Shown in pieces: positions 1-12,225 of a stretch of 64,000 nucleotides of DNA. Numbering within the stretch: the stretch's first letter is position 1; the number at the start of each line of letters is the position of its first letter. Origin of the DNA: the human T2T-CHM13v2.0 reference genome, Homo sapiens. The notes under the pieces were generated by a model. It did not search any database. It saw only the letters and a program-made list of their open reading frames with translations, and was not told the origin of the DNA. The stretch is from NCBI RefSeq assembly GCF_009914755.1, contig NC_060935.1; one strand, written 5' to 3'. Both the position numbers and the translations under genes were made by a program.

Positions 1-19
1 TGTATTTTTATGTATTCCT

Positions 20-310
20 TTATTTGTTCAGTCATTCATTCTACAAATATTTACTGAGTACCTACTATGTATCAGGCACTGTTCTGGGTGCTGAGAATAC
101 AACTGTTGACAACACATGTAAATATTCTGCCCTCATAAATTTTAGATCCTGGTTGGAGACATATAATAAACATCTATATAATACAATGTAAACTAGTAAT
201 AATTGCTTTGAAGGGAAAACAAAGCAGGTCTCTGGCAGAGAGCGACTGGGGCCTGGGCATTATTCTATTGGGGTGGTCAGGGAAGGCCTTTCTGAGCTGA
301 GCCCTGGAAG
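20..310 (-). mobile_element. L2 LINE 3' end fragment
   Basis: tcattcattctacaaatatttactgagtacctactatgtatcaggcactgttctggg is the reverse complement of the L2 3' terminus. Confidence 0.8.
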
Positions 311-1145
311 AATGTGGCCTTGGTCTTCTGGGCCTGCCCTCCTGGCCCCTGCAGCTTCCAGCTCAGGCCCAGCTGCCCAGGGTGGAGCCGGCTGCTCGGG
401 AGAGAGCTGGTGCCTGCTTTGGGCTGCAGGGGGAGGTGGGAATGCAGCTGTTTTTATCAGTTGTCCTTCCTTGGTGCTGACTCCTCTGCTGATCTGAGCT
501 TTGGGAATGGGGGAGGAAGCCAAGCTGGAGAATCAGTATTGAGGGTCAGATTGCAGATGACAATGATGTAAACAGGCTGCCCTGCCCTACTTGGAGACAC
601 ACTACATGTGGGGACAAGTCACGATGTATTTGGTTTCCTATATGGCTCTATTTCTTTGGCATTGCCTTTTCCTTTAAGAAAAAAAATACACCTCTGTTTG
701 GATTGTATGCTAAATGATTTATGAACATTATTCTTCTCTGTTCTACCTGTAAGAGCTCCAGCCCTCGCAATCCTTTTCATGTTGATTAAGTACATTTGAA
801 AGCAAGAGGAGACTGTCTGAAATTGCTCACAATATAGACTCACGGCTTCTCTGGACCCAGGAGGGATTCCTCATCTTCCCTTTGAAAGAGTTCCTTTGCA
901 GCTGGTTAAGCAGGAGATCAGTCTAGAAACATGTAACCAGTCTTATGTGTGCTGAACGAGGTAGAGGGGAGCATTCTTTCTGGAGCTGGTAATGGTGGAT
1001 TTGAGATCCTGGAAATCTCCGGGCAGGAGTGTCCTCCAGGACTAATCCTTCTGGTCCTCTTCCCACCCAGGTGTGGTTATACCTGACATTGTATCTGATG
1101 TGGCCCCGACAGGTCAACACTGGACAGAAGAATAGGAGGGGATTC

Positions 1146-1259
1146 TTTTTTTTTTTTTTTTTTTTTTTGAGACAGAGTCTTGCTCTGTTGCCCAGGGTGG
1201 AGTGCAGCGGCGTGATCACGGCTCACTGCAACCTCCGCCTCCCGGGTTCAAGCGATTCT
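1146..1259 (-). mobile_element. 5'-truncated Alu (right-arm 3' part, AluS-like) with 15-bp TSD
   Basis: polyT followed by gagacagagtcttgctctgttgcccagg...ttcaagcgattc; TSD TAGGAGGGGATTCTT at 1133-1147 and 1259-1273. Confidence 0.95.
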
Positions 1260-1964
1260 AGGAGGGGATTCTTAAAGAGCCTGTCAGAGCTCGGTGTTGC
1301 CAGGGGACTACACTGAACAGAGAGGGAAGAGAGGAGAGGGAAAAGGAACTTCACAGCTGGGCTTTTTATATCCCTGGGCTGATAGGTGGTTCCTGTGGAG
1401 AGGAGGCAGGATCCATGATCCATAGAGCCAGCCCCCAAGCTGGAGGTCCTCTTGACCGGTTCTACAGTTAGGACCAATGGCCTTCCCTAGTTGCTCCCAC
1501 ATCCTTTGTTTATTTGTTTGGTGGAGATCCTGTAGGTAGATGGCAATTAAGGGTCTAGGCTCAGAACTCACTTTGACTTGGCCCAGGTCAACCTGGGAAG
1601 TAAGACTTCAACGGGTTCCATGTCTACCCCATATGTAGGCTCTTGCACCACCATCTGACCCAGAGCTCTCTTCCCTAGATCTTTGGGTCAGAGATGAAAT
1701 AGGACAATTTTCCCTGAACTCCTAGCCTCACCACTGAAATTATGTGAAGTTGTCCTCTCTCTCGGCCTCCTTGGGCCACAGGCACTCCTCTGAGATGCCT
1801 TCAGCCCCCTGTCTTCTAAATCCAGGCTCTAGAATTTTATTCTCCCCCATCTTCAAAATGCTATCATCCTTTGTGGCGTCCCTTTGTGTCTAAGCCCCAA
1901 GTTTCTTCACATCTGCCACCTCTTCCTGCCCTTTGTAGAGAGTGTGGAGCTCACATCTGCATCA

Positions 1965-2130
1965 GACATTAGACAAGCCTTGGCTCTCATCTTACCTTTG
2001 TTGTTTACCTATGGGATGGCTTTGGATCCCTGACTCTCAGTTCCCTCATCTGTTAAATGGGAATAAGACCATTTGAGGAACAAATAAGATGCTGGTTTTG
2101 AAAAATGCTTTGTAAACTGTCAGTGCTCAT
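1965..2130 (+). mobile_element. MIR SINE fragment
   Basis: MIR core ctcagttccctcatctgttaaatgggaataa and aaatgctttgtaaactgt. Confidence 0.7.
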
Positions 2131-2150
2131 TGTCTCCTCAGGACAAAAGA

Positions 2151-2453
2151 TTTTGTTGTTGTTGTTATTTGAGACAGGATCTCTCACTCTGTCACCCAGG
2201 CTGGAGTACAGTGCACAATCAGGGCTCACTGAAGTCTCTGCCCCCTAGGCTCACGTGCTTCTCCCACCTCAGCCTCCTGAGTAGCTGGGACTACAGGCAC
2301 ATGCCACCACACCCAGCTAATTTTTGTAATTTTTGTAAAGACAAGGCCTCCCTATGTTGCCCAGGCTGGTCTTGAACTCTTGGGCTCAAGTGATCTGCCC
2401 GCCATGGCCTCCCAAAGTGCTGGGATTACAGGCGTGAGCCACTGTGCCTGGCC
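2151..2453 (-). mobile_element. AluJ
   Basis: Full dimeric Alu with J-type tgttgcccaggctggtcttgaactcttgggctcaagtgat and a (TTG)n tail. Confidence 0.93.
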
Positions 2454-2699
2454 CAAAAGTTAAAAAAACACTTAAAATGTGAACATTTCAAATTCTACGG
2501 CAATTCTGGCCACATGTGATCCGGGAGGGGAGTGAGATGGTGCGCACAGAGGAAAAAAGCCCCAAACCACGTATGTGGAAAGTAAAGACAAGGACTGCCT
2601 GTGCCACCCCAACCTCAGTCCTCGCAGAAGGAGGGCCAGGGAGGGGTTTCCAGCACCTACTGCTTGCCAGCTGCCCGGCTTGGCCTTTTGGCTCGGCTA

Positions 2700-2850
2700 T
2701 CTCACTTCCTCACAAAAACCTGGAGATGATATTATCTCCATGTGGGCAAATGATAGGAATGAGACCCAAAGAGGTTATGTCACTTGCCCAAGATCACAAA
2801 GTTAGCAAATTGTATCATGGGGAATCAAACTCAGTTCTGCCTGGCCCTAA
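2700..2850 (-). mobile_element. MIR fragment
   Basis: gagacccaaagaggttatgtcacttgcccaagatcacaaagttag. Confidence 0.7.
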
Positions 2851-4116
2851 TGTCTACGCTGTGCCATCCCATGTCAGGACCCACCTCTTGGAGGGTGGCT
2901 TGGAAGAGAGCTAGGCTGTCATCTGAGTGGGCTCCATGAGCGGCCACCTCCCAGCCCCACCTACCCTTGAACCTGAAATTCTACCATTCCCAGTTTGTTC
3001 CTCAGAGCTGGCATTTCCTCTTCTGATTCGCTCTTGCTCTCCCTCTTACTCCCTTTCTGTCCCCCTCTTTTGAATGCCCTACTCGGGAGGGGGTTGCTCT
3101 GGAGCATGGATTTGTGTTGTCAGCCTCTTTTCTTCTGGCTAAGAGTGACAGCCAGAGTAAGAGGTCTAAATCATGTACCTGGGAGGATAGCTGATCCTGA
3201 AAAGGGAAAAAAGGAAAGGCTCCTCCACCTAAGACAAATCTTATACCCTTCTGAGTTTTGCCTGGGCTGGCCCTGCCTGGGTGCAAGTTGAGCCATACCC
3301 TGGGCCAGCCTCTGAGGTCTGCGTCCTGCTGTCAGCACCCCCTAGTTAGCATCTGCACCATCAATCAGGCAATGCAGCCCCTGCCTGAGGGGTGGAGGGG
3401 ATGGGGTGCAGCCTCTCCAACTCCTTGCCAACCCTTAGACACAGAGCCCTTCCCTCTCCACCCTCCTCTTTTTCTCTCTCTTCTCTCTCCTCCCCACCTT
3501 GATGTGGACAGCTCAGCCCCTCCAAGGCTTCTGTCCACTCCGAGAACCCCTCTCTATCCATAGTGGCTCAAAGGGCTTTTTGAGTGGGGAAGCAGGCAGC
3601 CTGTGGGCCTGGGAGGAGAGATAAAGGCGTGAGATCCCCCAGGGGCCTGCGGGGTCAGGGGCTGTGTATCTGGTGACTTCTGAATGCAAGCTCCAACAAA
3701 GAGAAATCTGTGGTGGGAGAGCGTCCGCGAAGGAAATAAAATCTCCATGAAAACAAACTTTTGTTGGAAGCTTTCTCCTCTTGTTTTGGCAGCGTTGCTA
3801 GGTCCTGGGAGGGGAAGGCCGTGTCTTCCGGAGCAGTTGGGAGGCTCTCGGATTGTCCAAATATCAGCTTGCTGCAAGAAGGCTGTTCTTCCCCCACCAG
3901 GAAGACGGGGCTTAGGAGTTAGTGCAGTAATCATTGGTTTTCTAATCAAGGCTAGAATGGCTGAAAGAAAGGCTGGGGGCCATGGAGAGGGCTCAGGACT
4001 GTGAGTTAGGAGAATCAGCACTGTGTGTGTCACAGTTCCGTGACTCAGGCCAACCTGAGATCCCTTCGTGCCTTACTTTTCTCACCTGTAAAACGAGCAT
4101 AACTTGCCCAAGGTCA

Positions 4117-4478
<362 letters not shown>

Positions 4479-5701
4479 TTTCCCATTACCCTCATAAGTG
4501 AAAAGCAGAGGCTGGAAGTGAAAGGGTCTTTGAAGACATCACAAGGCCCCAGGAGGACTGGATGATTATATTTTCTTCAGGGCTAGGTGGTCACTTACAG
4601 CGCTCAGTCATTTATTCTCTGCATCTGGTTTTGCCAACATCAGAGAAGCCAGGGAATGGTTAAAGAAGGGCCTTGCAGTCCATGCTTGCTGCTGACTTGA
4701 ATTGCTCAACTTCATTGCTTCTCTAGATTGATTTCAGAACACTAGATCCTCAAAAGCTTTAAAGAATGCAGAAGATGAGGCTTACCCCAGCTGCGGAGAT
4801 GTTTTTACATTAAACAACGATATCTATTTTTCACCTTGGGTCAGGTCCCGTGAGATTGTCTCTTTTTGTCCTGCTCAAGGAGAAAATCCTTAGCTACAGC
4901 TGTTGTCTACCAGGGCTCAGAGGACTGCAGAGCCATGAGTAGCCAGAGGACTAAGGCAGGGAGGGGTCTGAGCTGTGGTTTCGAGTCTGTCTGCTCCTGA
5001 CAGGCCACGGTGTGACCCTGGGCCCCTCTCTGGGCCCCGTTTTCCTTCCCATAGACAGTGTCAGATGGGGTAAGTTGCTCTTGCCTCCACCCAGCAGGAA
5101 GAGGACAGATAAACTCAGGGCAGTCCTGGTAGGGGGGTGAGTCCCGGCAGGTGCTGAGGGGGCCTGAGAAACCCGCCTGGGGAGGCACCGAGGCTGAGAA
5201 CCCAGCCTGCCCCTTCTCCCCTCGTTCCCTTCCCACCCCTTTCCCTCTTCTTCAAAAGGGTTGCTCCTATGAGAAGGGGTGTGTGTTTTCCCCTGTGCTC
5301 TGGTCGTCTGTGAAAACTGAGAGACACCCGGGCAGAGGTGCCTTTCTCAGAGTTCTCTCTGCCCCAGCGCTCTGGATTTGGGAAGGCCTGCCCAGGGAAG
5401 CCCACTGCATTTCCGAAGGTGCTTCCTCCCTCCCTCCTCCCTCCTCCCCTCCACTGTCCCTTCAGCAGTCTGGCCAGGTCAGTCAGGGGCTAGTAACAGA
5501 GCTGGTACCACTGAGGTCACGTGGCTGGCCTGAGCAGCCTGCAACAGGGGACCTTGTTAAAGGCGTATTAAAAGGTGAAGACTCCCACTGTTGACCACAT
5601 GTGGAGTTCACATGGGGCATGTTCAGGCTCGGTGTGGCCAGGATGTGCATGTGCGTGAAATTAGGCAGGAGGCCAGGCTGTGAAAGTTTCCCCATCCCCT
5701 C

Positions 5702-5704
<3 letters not shown>

Positions 5705-5735
<31 letters not shown>

Positions 5736-5845
5736 CTCTCTCACACACACACAAAGTCACACCCAGTCATACACACAGAGTCACACTCACACACATGCAT
5801 GAACACCCACCCATGGAGTCACACACACAGGCATGTGCACACACG
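5705..5845. repeat. (CA)n microsatellite with degenerate CA-rich extension
   Basis: Pure CA run at 5705-5733, then interrupted CA tracts. Confidence 0.9.
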
Positions 5846-6453
5846 ACCCTCCAGACAACAGCACGCTGGTGATATGAGAGAAGCCTTTTCTAGGAGCTTC
5901 TCTCTCCACTCTTCCATCCCCTCCTTTCCCACTCCTGGATCTCTCTCCTTCCACACTCCTCTCTGGACACCTTATTAGGCTTAATCAGCAGGGATCACAA
6001 GTCCTAGATTTGCCAGACCAGCTCTCACTCCATGTAGTTTGCAGGCAACATGAGACAAGGAAAAGAACTCAGGCAGGAGCCCAGTGGGGCTGGGTTCAGA
6101 TCTTCACGCTTCCACGTAGCCAGGATCATGGCCATGGACATTCACACTAGGCAGTTGTTAACTCCTCTAAGCCTCACTGCAAGGCCAGCTACAAATACTT
6201 CCTTGCAGAGTTGTTGTGGGGAATGTGCATGGAAACAGGTAGAAGCCACCTAGCGCAGGCGGGCACACAGGAAGTGTCAGTGCACATCGGCTGTCTCCTC
6301 TGCGTGATTGCCCCATGAATATATTTTTGCTATGTGGTCCCCATACTGCTGTTTGAGCTGGAAAAGAGACCCACCCTAGGGAAGTGTTTGGGGTCTACTT
6401 TGCATGGACTTTTCCTCATTTACCTAGGGGGTGGTTTTGAGCCTAGGAGGGGG

Positions 6454-6645
6454 AATATTACAGCTATCATTTACTGAGCAATTTCTATGTGAGATAATTA
6501 CGCTTGTTTCATCTTCACAATGGCCTCCTGATCCCTCCATCACAAATAAGGAAACCGAATTGCAGTGAGGTTAAGTAATTTGTCTGAATTCATGAGCTAG
6601 TAAGTGGCTAGGAACCCAGCTCCTAACCTCAACTTTCTGTTGCAC
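6454..6645 (-). mobile_element. MIR fragment
   Basis: cagctatcatttactgagca...aataaggaaaccgaattgcagtgaggttaagtaatttgtc. Confidence 0.75.
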
Positions 6646-6939
6646 TGGATGATTTGCTGTAGCGCTGGGGACCCTGGCATGAGCCCATGCAGAGACAGAC
6701 GGCCCTGTTTGATCTGGTGATTCAATGGGTCTTCTCCTTCTCCTCTTAGAGCAGGCAGATTTGGATAGGGCCTTTCTTCTAGCTGCTCTTTAAAGTGATG
6801 TGGACTTGGGTGGGAGGGCTTTGGTTCTGAGGAGCTGGATGCAGGAGGCCTGAGGGGGCATCTGTGGGAACAAACAGGATGAAAGGGGGGCGCTCCGTTC
6901 AGGTTTGCAAATGCCATGAATACCACCTCACGCTGGCCC

Positions 6940-7440
6940 CCGAGCTAAGTACTGGGGATGCAGAAGTGAATAAGACCTTGTCCCTGCCGTCAAGGAACTC
7001 ATGGGGAAGTGAGTGGGGTGGGGGCTCGGCCATGTAAAAACATGCATGGACACTGGGGTTTGTGCAGCCATAGAGAAGACTCTGGGTGCTGCGTGGCAGT
7101 GATGGGGGGGGGACAGGAACTTGTTCCAAAATTTGCTGGTAGGAGGTGGTGCCAGAATAGACCGTCCTGGGAATTAGACAGCAGAAAGAAGAAAAGGGAG
7201 CTCAGGGCAGGAGGGATAGGCTGAGCAAAAGCACGGAGGTGTGAGCAAGGCTGGGAGGTGTAGGCAGGGACAGGGTGAGAGCTAAGGCACTTGGATGGTA
7301 TCTTGCAGGAGATGGGGAGCTAGTGCATGTATTTAGATGGGGAGTGGAGCTGTCAGGTTTATATTTTAGAGCACTGGCCTGAGCAGCAGTGCGCATGGAT
7401 TAGAGGGGACCAGACCTTTGTAAGAAGAGCAGTCAAGATG
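6940..7440 (-). mobile_element. L2 fragment (first part of an interrupted element)
   Basis: ctggggatgcagaagtgaataagaccttgtccctgcc and gtcaggtttatattttagagcactgg match antisense L2. Confidence 0.65.
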
Positions 7441-7720
7441 TGTATCAGTTAGAAAGCCTTAGACTGTAAGTAGCAGCAAATCCAACCCAAAAAGGCTTAA
7501 AGAGTGAGGCATTTAGTTTCTTATGTGTTACAAAGTTCAGTACCAGGACTGCTCTAGGGTTGGAGAAATTCAGGGGCTCCATGACATCCACAAGCACCCA
7601 GGTTCTTTCTCTGTCATCCTCTGGATCTTAGCTCTGTTTTCCAACTGGCTTTCCTCTGGGTCACAAGATGGTAGTGGCAGTTCCAGGCATCACACCCATG
7701 TCCAGGCTGGCAATCAAAAA
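7441..7720 (-). mobile_element. MLT1-family MaLR LTR fragment (MLT1J/K-like)
   Basis: Begins tgtatcagttag...aacccaaaaaggcttaa; contains ggtcacaagatggtagtggcagttccaggcatcaca. Confidence 0.6.
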
Positions 7721-7729
7721 GGGTAAATC

Positions 7730-7826
7730 ATGTCAACTGCAAAAGTATAGGGAGCAGTGGGGGCTGCAGCCAGTGGGAGGGTGTTGGCTCTCAACCTGTT
7801 GGCATTCAAACTACACATTTTTAAAC
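7730..7826 (-). mobile_element. MER102-like hAT-Charlie DNA transposon, part 1
   Basis: ggcattcaaactacacatttttaaac continues after the L1 as aacactgtgc... Confidence 0.5.
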
Positions 7827-7846
7827 TACCATCAAGAATTATAAGT

Positions 7847-8148
<302 letters not shown>

Positions 8149-8149
8149 A

Positions 8150-8990
8150 TTATAAACAAAGCTAAGAGAAAATGACAACCTGTGGAAAAATTTTTACAAC
8201 TCATATCACAGGGCTACTCTCCCTAATATATGAAGAGCTCCTAAAAATTAACAACAACAAAAACACAACCCAGTAGAAAAAATAATGGGCAAAGAATATG
8301 AACAGACTATTCACAGAAAAGAAAATATAAATAGCTTTTAATGTATGAGAGCATGATCAACCTTGCACATAGTAAGAGAAATGCAAATTAAAACTATCCT
8401 GGGATACCATTATTCATTTATCTTTTAAATGGGCAAAAAGCCAAAAAATTTGATATCGCATTCTATTGGCAAGGCCCTGGGGAAACAGACTGTCTCATGG
8501 TGTAAATCTGCACAACCCCTTTGAAGGGCCATTTCGAATATCATCAAAATGATAAATCATATGCCTTTGACCCAGCAATTTCATGTTGGGGAAATGATCC
8601 TAAAGACATTCTTGTACCTATAGGAAATGACATATGTCTAAGTACCTTCTTTGTAACATTATTTGTAATAGCAAAAGATTGGAAAGAACCCAAATATCCA
8701 TCAATTGAAGACCAATTCATTAAATTATGGAATTTCCTGACAATGGAATACTATTCATTTAAAAAGAGAAATGAGAAAGTTTTCTTTGTACTGATAAAGA
8801 TCTCCAAAATATGTGTAAAAAGGAAAAAAATAACCCACCAAGTTTAAAAAAAAGTGTGTATAAAAAGGGGAAAACAAGAATCTATATTTGTATTTGCTTG
8901 GACAGGTGGGAGACAGGAATGGGAGGGAAACATTGCAGTGTTTACCTTCTTACACTTTTTGATTTTTGAGCCATGTTCCATATTACCTTT
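8150..8990 (+). mobile_element. Old L1M (L1ME-like) 3' end including decayed ORF2 C-terminus
   Basis: ORF 8521-8847 FDPAIS...LFVIAKDWKEPKYPS...LWNFLTMEYYS resembles the L1 ORF2 end YDPAIP...LFTIAKTWNQPKCP...MWHIYTMEYY. Confidence 0.9.
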
Positions 8991-8994
8991 TTAA

Positions 8995-9080
8995 AAGCAA
9001 AACAAAACACAAACACTGTGCAAATCCCACAAAATATCTGCGGCTGCGTTCTGCCGAGAGCGGCTGATTTCCAACCCCTG
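8995..9080 (-). mobile_element. MER102-like hAT-Charlie DNA transposon, part 2 with terminus
   Basis: aacactgtgc...aaaatatctgcggctgcg...gatttccaacccctg; the reverse complement begins CAGGGGTTGGAAA, a hAT-type end. Confidence 0.6.
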
Positions 9081-9081
9081 A

Positions 9082-9290
9082 GCTCCGAATTATAGAGTGG
9101 CAGTGGAGACAGAAGGGATAGATTTGAGAAGTCTTTTTTAGGCATGGAATCCCCACAGCTTGGGTGTGGGATTGAGGGAGAAGGCAGAGGCAGCATCGGA
9201 GATGGCTCCAGACATGGGTACCTGGTGGAAGATGCCACCATTGTGAGATGGGAAGGCCGGAGAGAAGCATGTTGGGGGAAAAGGAAACAA
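9082..9290 (-). mobile_element. L2 fragment (continuation of 6940-7440)
   Basis: gtggcagtggagacagaagggatagatttgaga is the next segment of antisense L2. Confidence 0.6.
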
Positions 9291-9540
9291 TGGCAGGTCA
9301 CTGGGGCAATCAGCCCTGGGGAATCATTTCACCTCTTGAACCCAGTCTCTGCAATTCTCCCGTCATACCTTGCCTAGGATCCGGCCTTGTTCTATTTCTC
9401 CATCCATCCATCCATACACCAAAGCAGTATTTCTGACTACAAAAGCAGAGGGGATGTTCCTCCGAAGTTTCAAAGGCCAGCATCTGTAGCACTAGGGACA
9501 GGGTGGAGGCCCAACCAGTAGACACAACAGCAAAATCCTA

Positions 9541-9879
<339 letters not shown>

Positions 9880-10159
9880 CTAATTGGCTCTGCAACTGCT
9901 GCTGGAGTGGACTCTGGGGCTGTGAGCCTGGCACTGGGGCATCCCAGGAGATAGTGGACTAGGGTCCACCCAGGGGCACCTTGGTACTGGTGGCAGTGGG
10001 AGAGGTGGATGGGAAAGGGAAGCCAGGTGAGGGGAACTCTAGGCAAAATAAGCATGAAGTGTGTGGCATCCATGTGATAAGTGCAGTGTGTTTGGGGCAC
10101 ATTTACCCCCTTTGGTGAGAACAGCAGTCTGCTAAGCAGCCCACCCTGCTCCAGGCCCG

Positions 10160-10490
10160 TCTGCAGAGTTGGGGGCCAGAATGAAAAATGGACCCGAGAG
10201 CTAACCGCAGCCACGCCGTTTAGTGTTGGAGGCGTATAAGTCAGTATGTGAGATACGGCCACACTCTTGGTTTTAGTTGTAGCTGGAAAGGATTAGAAGA
10301 CAATTAATAAATCATATAGTGCCCTGAGTTTAAGTAGCTTGTTATTATGGGCTGCATATATTTATTATGCTTCACTGAGCAACACTGGCACATTTCCTTC
10401 GACTGTCACACAATTTGTATGCAATTTGTTTCAGTAGGTTTTTTTTTTAAATGCACATATAAATTATTAACCTGCATTCTTCAGGGCAGA
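10160..10490. promoter_or_regulatory. Candidate conserved non-coding element / enhancer
   Basis: Repeat-free; 6 CpG in 10191-10260; CAATTAATAAATCA at 10301-10314 (homeodomain plus PBX-HOX); CTGTCA at 10403-10408. Confidence 0.45.
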
Positions 10491-11281
10491 TTGCTGGAAT
10501 CCCTCCTCCTCCCCGACCACCCCGTGTGAGTCTCATAAAAACTTCCTGTCCCCAAAATGACAGTAGTGCCATGACCTACAGCCCACTGCCCGCCCGGGCT
10601 GTAGAAGAATCACTTGCTGTCGCCTGGTTGCGTACCTGAGGCAGAGACCTAACACAGTTGGGAAGAAATCAAATGCGTATTTTGGGGTGATTGGCGGTGC
10701 CTGGAGAGGAACTGTTGATGAGAATCATGCCTTTCAAAGCTGCAGTGAAAATAAATCAGAGGGACAAGGAGAATTGGCCCTTGAACAAAGCTGGGAACTT
10801 GACCTGGAAGCCAGAAGCACGTCAGACACTGATGGCCCCAAACTCTTCCTTGTCTGAATGAGGAAGCTGAGCCCACAGAGGGGTGACAACTGCCTTGGGG
10901 CCACAGTGATGGGTCTTTCCTCATCCTGAGCCACCCCCCTTGCTCTCTTCCAGTTGGGATTTTTTTCTGGGGCTGACACGGATGCCTTTCCTTCAACCTT
11001 TCTCTGAGGTGCACTGGGGGGATCTTCTCCACACTTTCTTCAGGGTTGAGGCTATGTTGTCTTTTTGTTTTTCTTGGTGGAGCAGTTTGATGTTTTTCAT
11101 GTGATATTTTTAGTTGAACCCTGAATGATTATAGCCCCTTCTCACAAAAATTCTCACCTGAGTACCTAGGGACTGGGTTAAAGAACAGTCTGACTGGCTG
11201 GCCTCTGCTCTTTCCAGATGCCTTTTCTAACATCTATACAATGTGCATCTGTCAAGCACCTAATGTGTAATAGGTGCTCCT

Positions 11282-11521
11282 GGTGTGTGTGTGTGTGTGT
11301 CTGTGTGTATGTGTGTGTATGTGTGTGTGTATGTGTGTGCGTATGTGTGTGCTGTGTATGTGTGTGTGTATGTGTGTGCGTATGTGTGTGTATGTGTGTG
11401 TGTGCTGTGTATGTGTGTGTGTATGTGTGTGTGTCTGTGTCTGTGTGCCTGTGTATGTGTGTATGTGTGTGTGTATGTGTGTATGTGTGTGTGTGTGTGC
11501 GTGTGTATGTGTGTGTGTGTT
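11282..11521. repeat. Compound (TG)n/(TGTA)n microsatellite, ~240 bp
   Basis: Near-continuous TG alternation with periodic TA/GC variants. Confidence 0.95.
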
Positions 11522-11839
11522 GCATCGAAAGGTGTCTCTGCTTTCATCTTGCTTTCTGCATTGTTGGGGTGACCCAGCAACTGGAGGAGTCCATGAATGT
11601 TGAATGAATGAATGAGCCTAGTTAGGAGTGAATGCAAGCAGCTTCTGAACACACCAGACAACCTACAGGAAGAGCCCGGCAGCCTGGAACCACCAAGAAG
11701 GATTCTCGTCTGGGATTTTCTAGATGGCTAATGGTTTACTTCTTCAAGTACCCTGAGGATGTTGTAAATATTACAAGTGGACATCCTCCCTGTCTTCTTA
11801 AGTAAATTATCTGGAACATGATTGAGCCTCATTTAATGA

Positions 11840-12225
<386 letters not shown>

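Noticed and set aside
1573-1597. Two overlapping short palindromes around CCAGGTCAA
   Set aside because: 7-9 bp arms, one imperfect, are expected by chance in 64 kb; no supporting context
4975-4990. B-box-like ggtttcgagtc suggesting a tRNA
   Set aside because: No cloverleaf; the context is a decayed MIR
8521-8847. 108-aa ORF with real protein similarity
   Set aside because: Decayed L1 ORF2 C-terminus, not a host gene
11178-11661. Five overlapping CV/HT-repeat ORFs
   Set aside because: Translations of the TG microsatellite
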